Positions 9,672 to 19,173 of a stretch of DNA of 64,000 nucleotides are shown piece after piece; within the stretch, counting starts at the first letter, position 1, and every line of letters starts with the position of its first letter. The DNA is from Thermovirgaceae bacterium (GTDB lineage Bacteria > Synergistota > Synergistia > Synergistales > Thermovirgaceae), in NCBI GenBank assembly GCA_040767805.1, contig JAXGNU010000005.1, positions 1 through 64,000 on the forward strand, written 5' to 3'. The translations under genes and the position numbers were made by a program. The notes under the pieces were generated by a model. It did no database searches, had not been told where the DNA came from, and saw nothing but the letters and a program-made list of their open reading frames with translations.

Positions 9672-9707
9672 GAGGCCCCGGGTTTATCCCCCGGGGCCTC
9701 GTTTTTT
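9672..9707 (+). terminator. Intrinsic terminator between convergent arcC and helicase genes
   Basis: GAGGCCCCGGG-loop-CCCGGGGCCTC followed by GTTTTTT. Confidence 0.75.
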
Positions 9708-9719
9708 ACCCTTTTAAAG

Positions 9720-11426
9720 TCAGGCCGTCCTGCTTCCGGCGCGGTCCCGGTCGCTCCAGGCCCTCCGCCTCCCCGAGGCGGCGATCCGGCTAAGGGCCGG
9801 TCCCGACAGCCTGTCGGGGTCCCGCCGGTACTTCTCAAGGGCCCCGGGGAGCAGTTCCACCATGACGCCGTCTTTTTTGAGCACTATCTCGGCGATCTCA
9901 CGGCTCTCCACGTCCAGGGCCGAGCATACCGTCCTGAGGACTTTCCCGGCGTTCCAATCGGCGGCGTCCCTCACGGGGAGCCGGACGAGGGTGCCCTTTT
10001 TTCGCCCCAGGGGCTTGCGCTCCCTCCGGGCCGGGACGGCGCGGGGACCCCGGTGGGCCGCCTGCTCCCTCTCCCGGGCGAAGTCGTCCTTGAGGGAGTA
10101 GCCGATGCGGATGTCCTTGGCCGCCAGGCCAAGGAAGGCCGCCACGAGTTCAACCGGGTCAGCCTTCTCGAGCAGGCTCGCGGCCCATTCCCTAGTGCCG
10201 TCGTCGCCACTGTTGGAGGAGCCCAGGACCATTTCCTCGTAACGGGCCCTCTGCATGGCCCTGATGGACTGGGTGTCCGGGACGGGCGACCAGTCCAGGG
10301 AGATCTTCGTGTCCCTCAAGAGGCCCTTCAGTTTGTGGGCCTCGGCCAGGGTGAGCACCAGGATATCCTGGCCCTCGTTGCCGGCCCTCCCGGTCCTCCC
10401 GCTGCGGTGGACGAAGGTCTCCGCATCGGAGGGCAGGCCGAACTGGAAGACGTGCTCCACGTCGGGTATGTCCAGCCCCCTGGCGGCGACGTCGGTGGCT
10501 ACCAGGTGGGAAACCCGGCCCGAGGCGAACATCGCCAGGGCGCGGTTCCTCTCCCTCTGGCTCATATCGCCGTGGAGGCTGCAGGTACTGAACCCTTCCC
10601 GGTCGAGCCTGTCGGCCACCTCGATGGTCTCCGCCCTGGTATGGCAGAACACGAGCCCCTTCGACGAGTTCTCCCAGAGCAAAGTGTTCACCAGGCCCTC
10701 CACCCTGCGGCTCCTCGGCGTCGTGTAGACCCGGTGGACTATGTCCTCGTGCTGAGCGCCCTCTTCCACGAGGGATATCATCTCGGGGTCGGTGAGGTAC
10801 CTCCGGGAAAGGGCCCTGACCGCCGGGGGCATAGTGGCCGAGAAGAGCCAGGTCCTCTCCCTCGCCGGGGCGGCCTCGAGGATGGACTCCAGTTCCTCCC
10901 TGAAGCCCATGTCGAGCATGTGGTCGCCCTCGTCGAGGACCACGGTGCGGACATGATCCATCTTGAGGGTCCCCCGGCGCACGTGGTCCAGCACCCGGCC
11001 CGGGGTCCCGATGACGAAGGCCGCCCCTTGCCTCAGCTCGCGGACCTGGGCCGCCATGTCCATCCCGCCCACCAGGGTGGCGCAGGCGCATCCTATCCGC
11101 CGGGATAGCCACGCCGCCTCGCGGGAGATCTGGAGGGCCAGTTCCCTCGTCGGGGAGATGATCAACACCCCCGGTCTCGATGGGTCGAGGGCCGGGTCGT
11201 TCATGAGGGGAAGCAAAAAGGCGAGGGTCTTGCCCGAGCCCGTCCGGGCCCGGACGATCAGGTCGACGTCGAGGTCTTCCCGGCCGAGCACGGCCTCCTG
11301 GACCGGCATCGGTTCGGTGAAACCCTTCGCCTCGACGGCCTCGAGGAGTTCTTCCCGGAGGCCGAAGCCCTCAAAACCCTTCCGGCCTTCCGGTACCATT
11401 GTTTCCAGTGTCGCGGTTTGTTCCAT
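9720..11426 (-). CDS. DEAD/DEAH-box RNA helicase (DeaD/CshA-like)
   Basis: TGSGKT, PTRELA, TPGR, DEGD, SAT, ARGLD, HRSGRTGR motifs. Confidence 0.92.
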   Translation of the reverse strand: MEQTATLETMVPEGRKGFEGFGLREELLEAVEAKGFTEPMPVQEAVLGREDLDVDLIVRARTGSGKTLAFLLPLMNDPALDPSRPGVLIISPTRELALQISREAAWLSRRIGCACATLVGGMDMAAQVRELRQGAAFVIGTPGRVLDHVRRGTLKMDHVRTVVLDEGDHMLDMGFREELESILEAAPARERTWLFSATMPPAVRALSRRYLTDPEMISLVEEGAQHEDIVHRVYTTPRSRRVEGLVNTLLWENSSKGLVFCHTRAETIEVADRLDREGFSTCSLHGDMSQRERNRALAMFASGRVSHLVATDVAARGLDIPDVEHVFQFGLPSDAETFVHRSGRTGRAGNEGQDILVLTLAEAHKLKGLLRDTKISLDWSPVPDTQSIRAMQRARYEEMVLGSSNSGDDGTREWAASLLEKADPVELVAAFLGLAAKDIRIGYSLKDDFAREREQAAHRGPRAVPARRERKPLGRKKGTLVRLPVRDAADWNAGKVLRTVCSALDVESREIAEIVLKKDGVMVELLPGALEKYRRDPDRLSGPALSRIAASGRRRAWSDRDRAGSRTA

Positions 11427-11460
11427 AAAAGCACGTTCCTCCTGTATTCGATAAAGGGGC

Positions 11461-11495
11461 ACAAAAAAAGCGGCGCCCATGGGGGCGCCACTTCG
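11461..11495 (-). terminator. Terminator-like hairpin upstream of the helicase
   Basis: GTGGCGCCC-loop-GGGCGCCGC then T7 on the minus strand. Confidence 0.55.
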
Positions 11496-11601
11496 TGTAA
11501 TCCCTTCACGGCAATGGGACAATTATCGCCATCGGCGGCGAAATGTCAAGCGGTGCCGGGGGCCTTTACAGGGTACTACCCCGGAGCTGCGCCGGGGCAC
11601 A

Positions 11602-12489
11602 TCATTTCGAGGTCCGGACCCAAAGCATGCGGCCCTTTTCGAAGAGGGGCTCGAGGGCGCCCTCGTCGGCGAGGTGGGAGAGGTGGGCCGACACGGTTAT
11701 ATGGGTGAGGACGTACTGGGCCGGGTTGAGAGAGAGGTCGAAGTGGACGGCCAGCTCCGCGATGAGGTCCTCCCGGGAGGAGGGGACGGCGCAGATGCCC
11801 AGGATCCTGTCGCGTACCTCCCCGAGGGCGTCCTTGTTCCTCTTCACGAGGGGGCCGATGTCGCCGCAGGGCTCGGCGTGGCTGGGCACGAAGAGGGCCG
11901 CCTCGGCCTTTTCCAGGTATTCGAGGGTTTCCAACTGGGAAGCCACGTCGAAGCAGACGGCCATGCCGTACTTGTCGAGTATGGCCGGCGGGAAAAGGCT
12001 GTCGGCGATGAAGAAGACGCCGTCGGGGGTCCTGAGGCCCACCATGTCGAGGAAATGCCCCGCCAGGGGCACCGCCTCGAGGCCCGTGTCCAGCACCGGC
12101 CCCGACGAGGGAATGATGTCGGTGACCTTCGAGGGCTGGGCCCTCAGGAACTTCCCGCTTATGGCGCCGAAACCCGCCGCCCCCCAGAGGAGGGCCGGTT
12201 CCAGCCAGGGCTCCTCGATGAAGGCCGACTCGGCCCGCGTCGCGGCCACGCGGCAGCCGGTCCTCTTCTGGATGAGGGCGTTGCCCCCAATGTGGTCGGC
12301 GTTAGAGTGGGTGTTGACGATCAGGTCCAGGGCCCACCCCTTCTCCTCGAGGGCCTTCAGGATCTTCCTCCCCGCCGACTCGTCGTTCCCGCTGTCGATG
12401 AGGATCGCCCGGCCCTCCCCGGCGTAAACCCCCAGGTTGGTGGGGCCCGGTATGTACCAGCTGTCCCCCGACGCGTTCACCATGTCCAT
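11602..12489 (-). CDS. MBL-fold metallo-hydrolase
   Basis: THSNADHIGG, GH, ADS, PSH motifs. Confidence 0.85.
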   Translation of the reverse strand: MDMVNASGDSWYIPGPTNLGVYAGEGRAILIDSGNDESAGRKILKALEEKGWALDLIVNTHSNADHIGGNALIQKRTGCRVAATRAESAFIEEPWLEPALLWGAAGFGAISGKFLRAQPSKVTDIIPSSGPVLDTGLEAVPLAGHFLDMVGLRTPDGVFFIADSLFPPAILDKYGMAVCFDVASQLETLEYLEKAEAALFVPSHAEPCGDIGPLVKRNKDALGEVRDRILGICAVPSSREDLIAELAVHFDLSLNPAQYVLTHITVSAHLSHLADEGALEPLFEKGRMLWVRTSK

Positions 12490-12572
12490 TGGTGCACCAC
12501 TCCTCTTGCTGTTACTATAGGTTCGCCGCGGGAGAAGGACAACCTCTTCCCCGCGAAGAAAAGGAGGTACCC

Positions 12573-13448
12573 TTGACCGACCTCATCCTCATCGATGGCC
12601 ACGCCCTGGCCTACAGGGCCTTTTTCGGCGTCAAGCGGCCCCTCCGCTCCCCCGAGGGCGTGCCGGTGAACGGCCTCTACGGCTTCGGGAGGGCCCTCAT
12701 GGCCATCGTCGAAAGATCCGGGGCGAGGGAGGGGGCCGTGGTCTTCGACTCGCCGGGACCCAGCTTCCGAAAAAAGCTCTACCCCCCCTACAAGGCCAAC
12801 CGCCCAGCGCCGCCGGAGGATTTCATCCCCCAGTTGCCCCTCATGATGGACCTGGCCCGCTGGCTGGGGATAACGGTCGTGACCAGCCTCGCCTTCGAGG
12901 CCGACGACCTGATCGCCGCTGCCGCCGTCAGGGAGGCGGAGCGCGGCAAGGGAGTGGTCATCGTCACGCCCGACAAGGACCTCTTCCAGACCCTGGGCGA
13001 GGGCACCATAACCATCCTGCGCCCCGCCGGGGGCGATAGTTTTACCAGGGTGGACGCCTCCTCCTTCCGGGAGGCCTTCGGGTTCGAGCCGCGCCACATG
13101 GCGGAGTACCAGGCGCTGATGGGCGACCGGACGGACAACATCCCCGGCGTCGCGGGGGTCGGGCCCGTCACAGCCGGGAGACTGGTGAGGCGTTTCGGCG
13201 ACCTGGAGTCGCTCTACGATGGGATCCGCTCCGTGAAGGGCGCCCTGAGGGACCGCCTTGAGAAGGGGCGGGAGGAGGCCTTCCTGAGCCGGGAGCTGGC
13301 CCGCCTCCGCCTTGATGCCCCCGTGCCGGAGAATCTCTTCCTGGCGGAGCCCGACCGGGAAGGTTCGGCCTGCTTCTGCGAGGAAAAGGGGCTTGAAGAC
13401 CTGGCATGGTCCTGCCGCTCCTTCAGCCCTTGCCCTACGGGGTGGTGA
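12573..13448 (+). CDS. Stand-alone 5'-3' exonuclease / flap endonuclease (PolA N-terminal-like)
   Basis: LIDGHALAYRAFF, YKANR, FEADD, DKD, LMGDRTDNIPGVAGVG; TTG start after AGGAGG. Confidence 0.88.
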   Translation: MTDLILIDGHALAYRAFFGVKRPLRSPEGVPVNGLYGFGRALMAIVERSGAREGAVVFDSPGPSFRKKLYPPYKANRPAPPEDFIPQLPLMMDLARWLGITVVTSLAFEADDLIAAAAVREAERGKGVVIVTPDKDLFQTLGEGTITILRPAGGDSFTRVDASSFREAFGFEPRHMAEYQALMGDRTDNIPGVAGVGPVTAGRLVRRFGDLESLYDGIRSVKGALRDRLEKGREEAFLSRELARLRLDAPVPENLFLAEPDREGSACFCEEKGLEDLAWSCRSFSPCPTGW

Positions 13449-13454
13449 AGATCC

Positions 13455-15332
13455 GTGGCAGGCGGTAGCGAGGGCTTTCTTCCCGTCGACCGGGGGGACC
13501 TGGAGCGCCTCGGCTGGGACGAGGTGGACTTCGTCTTCATCACCGGCGACGCCTACGTAGACCACCCCAGTTTCGCCAACGCCGTCATACCCAGGGTCCT
13601 CGAGGCCCGGGGCTACCGGGTCGGCGTGATCGCCCAGCCCGACTGGAGGAGCCTGGAGGACTTCCTGGCCCTCGGCAGGCCCCGCCTGGGCGCCCTGGTC
13701 TCGGCGGGCAACCTGGACTCCATGCTCTCCCACTTCACGGCGGCGAAAAAACCCCGCCGTGACGACCCCTACTCCCCCGGCAGCAAGGCCGGGGGGAAGC
13801 CCCAGAGGGCGACGGTGGTCTACTGCAACCGGGCCCGGGAGGCCTGGAAGGACATCCCCCTTATCATAGGCGGCGTCGAGGCCAGCCTCAGGAGGTTCGC
13901 CCACTACGACTTCTGGTCCGACAGCGTCAGGAGGTCCGTCCTCGTCGACGCCAAGGCGGACCTCCTCGTCTTCGGCATGGGGGAAAAACCGATCCTCGAG
14001 ATCGCCGAGGCCCTTTCCAGGGGCGTGTCGGTGGGGATGATAAGGGATGTCCCGGGGACCTGCCACCGGGCGAAGGAGACGGACCTCCCCCCGGGGGCCG
14101 TCGTCCTGCCCTCCTTCGAGGAGGTCTCCCGCGACCGCACGGCCTTCGCCGAAGCCTTTCGGCTCCAGTACGGGGAACAGGACCCCTTCCGGGGGTGCCC
14201 TGTCGCCCAGGACCAGGGGGCCTGGTACGTCGTTCAAAACCCGCCGGCCATGCCCCTTTCCACGGAGGAGATGGACTGGGTCTATGAACTCCCCTACAAA
14301 AGGGAACCCCACCCCATGTACGGTGAAAAGGGGGGCGTCCCCGCCGCCGAGGAGGTCCGGTTCAGCATAACGGCCCACCGGGGCTGCTTCGGGAGCTGCT
14401 CCTTCTGTTCCATAACCTCCCACCAAGGGAGGGTGATCCAGGCCAGGAGCGACGCCTCCATCCTGCGGGAGGCCAGGACCCTGACGGGGCTGCCCGGTTT
14501 CAAGGGGTACATCCACGACGTGGGGGGACCCACGGCCAACTTCCACTCCCCCGCCTGCTCCGCCCAGCTTTCCCGGGGCTCCTGCCCCGACAGGGACTGC
14601 CTCTGGCCGGAACCCTGCGCGGCCCTGGAAACCGACCAAAAGGGCTATTTCGAACTTTTAAAGAAGGTCCGCTCCCTCCCGGGGGTGAAGAAGGTTTTCG
14701 TGCGCTCCGGTATCCACTACGACTACCTCCTGGCCGCCCGTGACCCGAGGCTCATCGAGGACCTTTGCGAACACCACGTCAGCGGTCAGCTCAAGGTGGC
14801 CCCCGAGCACGTCTCGCCCAGGGTCCTGGCGCTGATGAGGAAACCCGGTAAGGAGGCCTTCCTGGAGTTCATGAGGGAATTCGACAGGGCCAACAGGAAG
14901 TCGGGGAAGGAGCAGTACCTGGTCCCCTACCTGATGTCGAGCCATCCCGGCTCCACCCTGGCCGACGCGGTGGAACTGGCCCTGTTCCTGAAGGAGATCC
15001 GTTACCACCCCGAGCAGGTGCAGGATTTCATCCCCACGCCGGGGACCCTTTCGACGTGCATGTTCTACACGGGCCTGGACCCCCTGACCGGCGAAGAGGT
15101 CTACGTGCCCCGCTCGGCCCACGAGAGGAAGCTCCAGAGGGCGCTGCTGCAATACCGCTCGCCGGCCAACAGGAAACTCATTGAGGAGGCCCTGGTGAAA
15201 GCGGGGAGGGAGGACCTCATCGGTACAGGCCCCCACTGCCTGGTCGGACCCATGGGCCGCGGGGCCAGGCGGAAGGGGCGCTCCGGCAAGGGGGGGCGGA
15301 CCCGGCTCAGTCGCGGGGGCGGAAAACGATGA
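13455..15332 (+). CDS. YgiQ (UPF0313)-family radical SAM protein
   Basis: GDAYVDHPSF, EASLRRFAHYD, RGCFGSCSFC, DVGGPTAN, QVQDFIPTP. Confidence 0.92.
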   Translation: MAGGSEGFLPVDRGDLERLGWDEVDFVFITGDAYVDHPSFANAVIPRVLEARGYRVGVIAQPDWRSLEDFLALGRPRLGALVSAGNLDSMLSHFTAAKKPRRDDPYSPGSKAGGKPQRATVVYCNRAREAWKDIPLIIGGVEASLRRFAHYDFWSDSVRRSVLVDAKADLLVFGMGEKPILEIAEALSRGVSVGMIRDVPGTCHRAKETDLPPGAVVLPSFEEVSRDRTAFAEAFRLQYGEQDPFRGCPVAQDQGAWYVVQNPPAMPLSTEEMDWVYELPYKREPHPMYGEKGGVPAAEEVRFSITAHRGCFGSCSFCSITSHQGRVIQARSDASILREARTLTGLPGFKGYIHDVGGPTANFHSPACSAQLSRGSCPDRDCLWPEPCAALETDQKGYFELLKKVRSLPGVKKVFVRSGIHYDYLLAARDPRLIEDLCEHHVSGQLKVAPEHVSPRVLALMRKPGKEAFLEFMREFDRANRKSGKEQYLVPYLMSSHPGSTLADAVELALFLKEIRYHPEQVQDFIPTPGTLSTCMFYTGLDPLTGEEVYVPRSAHERKLQRALLQYRSPANRKLIEEALVKAGREDLIGTGPHCLVGPMGRGARRKGRSGKGGRTRLSRGGGKR

Positions 15333-15756
15333 CCGTGCAGGGGGCGTGCTCCACCACCCTGGCGGCCACGCTGCCTATGAAGAACCTCTCCAGGCTCCCC
15401 ATGCCCCTGTGTCCAATGAAGATGGACCGGTAGGGGTACTCCTCCGCCTGGCGGATTATCTCCCCCGAGGGGCTCCCGTAGGGGAAGACCATGGAGACCT
15501 CGACCTTTTCGGCCCCGGCCTCCTCCCGCTCCTTGAGCACCATGGCCTCCAGGGCCTTCCTAGTGGCCTTGGCATGCTCCTCCTCGATCGTGGTGGGGAT
15601 GGGCATTCCCGGGAAAAGCGCGGCGGGGTAGGGCTGGAAGACGTATATGAAGTCGAGCCCCTCGAGCTTTTCCTTCCTGGCCCGCTCAAAGGCGAACCTC
15701 ACCAGCGGTTTCGTTATGTCGCTGCCGTCGATGGCCACAAGCGCCTTGCGCATCAT
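15307..15756 (-). CDS. Universal stress protein
   Basis: LVAIDGS; GHRG...IGSVAARVVEHAPCTV. Confidence 0.88.
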   Translation of the reverse strand: MMRKALVAIDGSDITKPLVRFAFERARKEKLEGLDFIYVFQPYPAALFPGMPIPTTIEEEHAKATRKALEAMVLKEREEAGAEKVEVSMVFPYGSPSGEIIRQAEEYPYRSIFIGHRGMGSLERFFIGSVAARVVEHAPCTVIVFRPRD

Positions 15757-17711
15757 CGATCACCTCCATGATCGCCCCCGAACCCTCGATCGGGGTCGGG
15801 AAAGCGGAAACCCTTCTTCCTGAAAAGCCTCAGGCAGGCATCGACCACCTGGGGGTCATAGAGGCGCCCCTTGTTGGTCTCGATCTCCTCCAGGGCGGCT
15901 TCCACACCCAGGGAGGCCCTGTAGGGACGGTGGGAGGACATGGCCTCCACCACGTCGGCCACGGCGAGGACCCTGGCCTCGAGCATGACCTGGTCTCCTT
16001 TTAGGCCCCTGGGGTACCCCGAGCCGTCCATCCTCTCGTGGTGCTGCAGGATCATCTCGGCCAGGCGCCAGGGGAGCTCGATGTTCTTCATTATCTCGTA
16101 CCCCACCTCGGGGTGGGTCCTGATCAGGGCGAACTCCACCTCGCCCAGGGTTCCGGGCTTGCTCAGTATCTCCGTGGGTATGTTTATCTTGCCCACGTCG
16201 TGGACCAGCCCCGCCATCCTGATGGAATTGACGGTTTCCTTGTCGAGCCACAGCTCCTTGGCGATGGCCTCGGAAAGGATCGAGACGTTCCTCTGGTGAC
16301 CGGCGGTGTAGGGGTCGCGGGTCTCGGCGGCCATGGCGAGGACGTCGATGGTTTGTTCCCAGGCGCGGCTCATGCTCTCGAGGCTTTTTTCGATATGCTC
16401 ACGGCTCTCGATGAGGGTCCTCCTGGCCTCCTTCGCGGCGGATATATCCCTGTATATGACGTAGGAGCCGACGAGCCCTCCCTCCAACGTGACGGGCACG
16501 GAGACGAGGGAGACGTCGACGAGGGTGCCATTCTTCTTCCGTCTCACCGTCTCCACCTGGGTAGGGTTGCCCCAGTCGGACCTTCTGTCCAGCTCCTTCC
16601 CTTCCTGGAGGAGGTCCTCGGGCACTATCACTTCGTTCAGGGTCCTGCCCTCAGCCTCGTCCCGGCGGTACCCGAAGAGCCTAGTGAAACCCCTGTTAAC
16701 CCGCAGGATCAGGTTGTCCTTCGCGCTCTCCAACACCAGGGCATCGGGCGACTCCTCGAAGAGCTTCTCGAAGAGGACCTTTTCCCTGGAAAGGTCGGCC
16801 TTGCTCTTCAAGAGTTCCCTGGTGCGGGCCAGGACCTTCCGACGCAGCATCAGGTTCGTGAAGAGGACACCAAGCACGATCGACAGGGACGCCCCCACGA
16901 ACCAGGGGAACCACCGCGGGATGACGCTCATGACGCTCCTCTCGGAAATCCAGTCCTGGATAGACCTGTTGAGGGGGGAATCGGGGATGGGCCTCCACTT
17001 GGTGAGATGAAAATCGAGGATCTGCAGGACCGTCACGCTGAGGCCCTTGGGGGCGGCGAAGCGCAGCTCCCGGGGTTCCAGGAAAATATTGGTCCGGTCG
17101 ACCCGGTGCTCCGCCTCGTTGGTCAGGCCGAAGAGGCGGCTCACGAGCCCGGCCTCGGCTTTATATTCCTCGAGGGCCTTGAACACATCGGGGTAATCGT
17201 CCACTTCGAGGTAGGAGCAGGTTATCCCGAAGCGCGCCGCGAGGCTCTTGAAGGCTTCCCCGTAGGTGTCCCTTTTGACCACGGCGACCTTCATGCCGTC
17301 CAGGTCGGGGATGGAGGTGGGGTTCATGTCACGGCGGGAGTAGAAGACCCCCCAGTTGGATACGACGGCCTGACGGGTGAAGTCGAAGAGCCGCTCCCTC
17401 TCCTCGGTCCAGGCCACGGCCGCCATGATATCCAGCTCGCGCCGTTCGAGCCTTTCGAGCCCCTCGGCGAAGGATCCCTCGACCCATTCCATCGTCCAGC
17501 CGTTCTCAGCGGCCACCGCGTTGAGGACGTCGGCGAAGAGGCCCTTCACGGCGCCGTCGGTATCCTGAAAGACCAGGGGAGCGTTCTGGTAAAAACCAAC
17601 CTTGACGTGGTGGATCGCCTGGGCGGGGGCCGAAAAGAGGAGCAGTCCGAGGGCGGTCGCCGCCATGCAGCGGGCCAGGAGTTTCCTCGTCAGCACTCGC
17701 ACGCGGCTCAC
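15753..17711 (-). CDS. Solute-binding domain-TM-PAS-HD-GYP c-di-GMP phosphodiesterase
   Basis: Signal peptide, SBP_bac_3-like domain, TM helix, PAS; RDPYTAGH, HDVGKI, HHERMDGSGYP. Confidence 0.88.
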   Translation of the reverse strand: MSRVRVLTRKLLARCMAATALGLLLFSAPAQAIHHVKVGFYQNAPLVFQDTDGAVKGLFADVLNAVAAENGWTMEWVEGSFAEGLERLERRELDIMAAVAWTEERERLFDFTRQAVVSNWGVFYSRRDMNPTSIPDLDGMKVAVVKRDTYGEAFKSLAARFGITCSYLEVDDYPDVFKALEEYKAEAGLVSRLFGLTNEAEHRVDRTNIFLEPRELRFAAPKGLSVTVLQILDFHLTKWRPIPDSPLNRSIQDWISERSVMSVIPRWFPWFVGASLSIVLGVLFTNLMLRRKVLARTRELLKSKADLSREKVLFEKLFEESPDALVLESAKDNLILRVNRGFTRLFGYRRDEAEGRTLNEVIVPEDLLQEGKELDRRSDWGNPTQVETVRRKKNGTLVDVSLVSVPVTLEGGLVGSYVIYRDISAAKEARRTLIESREHIEKSLESMSRAWEQTIDVLAMAAETRDPYTAGHQRNVSILSEAIAKELWLDKETVNSIRMAGLVHDVGKINIPTEILSKPGTLGEVEFALIRTHPEVGYEIMKNIELPWRLAEMILQHHERMDGSGYPRGLKGDQVMLEARVLAVADVVEAMSSHRPYRASLGVEAALEEIETNKGRLYDPQVVDACLRLFRKKGFRFPDPDRGFGGDHGGDR

Positions 17712-17823
17712 CCCCTTTTGCAGCCCTCAAGGAACCCCCGGGCGGGGGCCGGGGGATTGTATTATTTATGAAGGCATACGAAGTGATTTTATCATGCACC
17801 ACGGGCGAGGGCAAACGAGATTT

Positions 17824-19035
17824 TTATTCCGTCGGCCCCTCGCCGGTGGCCGCCTCGACCCCGCCCTCCGCGATGGGACCCTCCAGCGGGGCCGCCTCCA
17901 GGCCACTCAGTTTCCGGATCTCTTCCAGCCTCTCCAGGGGGCGCTCCAGGCCCCTCCGGCGGGTGGTCACCAGGTTCTCGTAGTCGTCACGGGCCCCTTC
18001 GATCTGCTTTCCCAGGTGTTCCAGCCTTTTCAAGAACTCCTTCCACTGTTTGCTGAAGGCCCCGAAGAGCGCCAGCAGTTCCCTGGAAGCCTGCTCCAGG
18101 GTGAAGTTGTCCACGGCCTGCCTTATCACGGCGAGCACGGCGTAGAGGGTGACGGGCGAGCAGAAGATCACCTTCTGCCGGAGCCCGTCGTCGATCATGC
18201 CCGGCTCCTGTTCGTGGATGAAGGAATAGACCTGCTCGTTAGGGATGAATAGGAGGGCGTAGTCGAGGGTGTTATGCTCCGGGTCGATGTAGTCCCTGGA
18301 GGCTACCTCCTTTATCCTCTCCCTCACATCCCTCAGGAAGGAACGGCGGCACTGCTCCCTCTCGGCGTCGGACGAGGCGCCGAGCCAGGCGAGGTAGTTG
18401 TCGAAGGGGAACTTGACATCCATGTTGAGCGTGAGCCTCTTGGGCAGGAAGAAGGTGAAATCGGGCTTCCTGCCCGACCCGGCAAGGACCTTCTGCCTGG
18501 CGTAGTTGAGCCCCTCGACGAAACCGGCGAGGCGGAGGATATCCTCGGCCATCCGTTCCCCCCACTGCCCCCTGGCCTGGGAGCTCGAAAGTGCCTCCTT
18601 TAGCGTCCCCGTGGTGGTGTTCAGTTCGGCGGTCCTCTCGTTGACCTCCCTCAAGCGGTCGGCCAGCTCGCCGAACTTGGACTCCCGGTCCTTTTCCAGG
18701 TCGCGTACAAGGCTGGAGACGGCCTCCAGCTTCGCCGTCATCTCCTCGAGGCGGCGGTCGATGAGCTCCTTCTTACCCTCCAGTTCCCGGCTGCTGAGGT
18801 CCCTCTCAGCGTCGAAACGGGACTTGGCCAGTTTCAGGAATTCCTCCGTCGACCTCGAGAGGGCCTCCAGGGAGAGGTCGCCGAAGGCGGCCTTGATGTG
18901 CTCCGTTATGTCCTCGACCCGGTCCCTGGCGGCGCGGGCGTGGATGGCCCTCAGGGAAAGGACCACCGCGACGGCCAGGAAAAACCCGGCGAGGAAAACG
19001 GCCGCCAGGGGGTAAAAGTTTGCGATTGGGCCCAT
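17824..19035 (-). CDS. rmuC: DNA recombination protein RmuC
   Basis: N-terminal TM plus coiled coil; RGQWGE, KPD, DVKFP, LFIPNE, SPVTL. Confidence 0.9.
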   Translation of the reverse strand: MGPIANFYPLAAVFLAGFFLAVAVVLSLRAIHARAARDRVEDITEHIKAAFGDLSLEALSRSTEEFLKLAKSRFDAERDLSSRELEGKKELIDRRLEEMTAKLEAVSSLVRDLEKDRESKFGELADRLREVNERTAELNTTTGTLKEALSSSQARGQWGERMAEDILRLAGFVEGLNYARQKVLAGSGRKPDFTFFLPKRLTLNMDVKFPFDNYLAWLGASSDAEREQCRRSFLRDVRERIKEVASRDYIDPEHNTLDYALLFIPNEQVYSFIHEQEPGMIDDGLRQKVIFCSPVTLYAVLAVIRQAVDNFTLEQASRELLALFGAFSKQWKEFLKRLEHLGKQIEGARDDYENLVTTRRRGLERPLERLEEIRKLSGLEAAPLEGPIAEGGVEAATGEGPTE

Positions 19036-19173
19036 GGCATCATCCCCATCCTTTCCTACCGATTATATACGCCCCCGCGTCACCGCGGGGCATCCCACCC
19101 TTGTCGCCCCGTCTTTCCGTCGTGGTAGAATGTTCTAGCCCCCACCCGGGCATACCCTCCCGGAGGTGATCGA

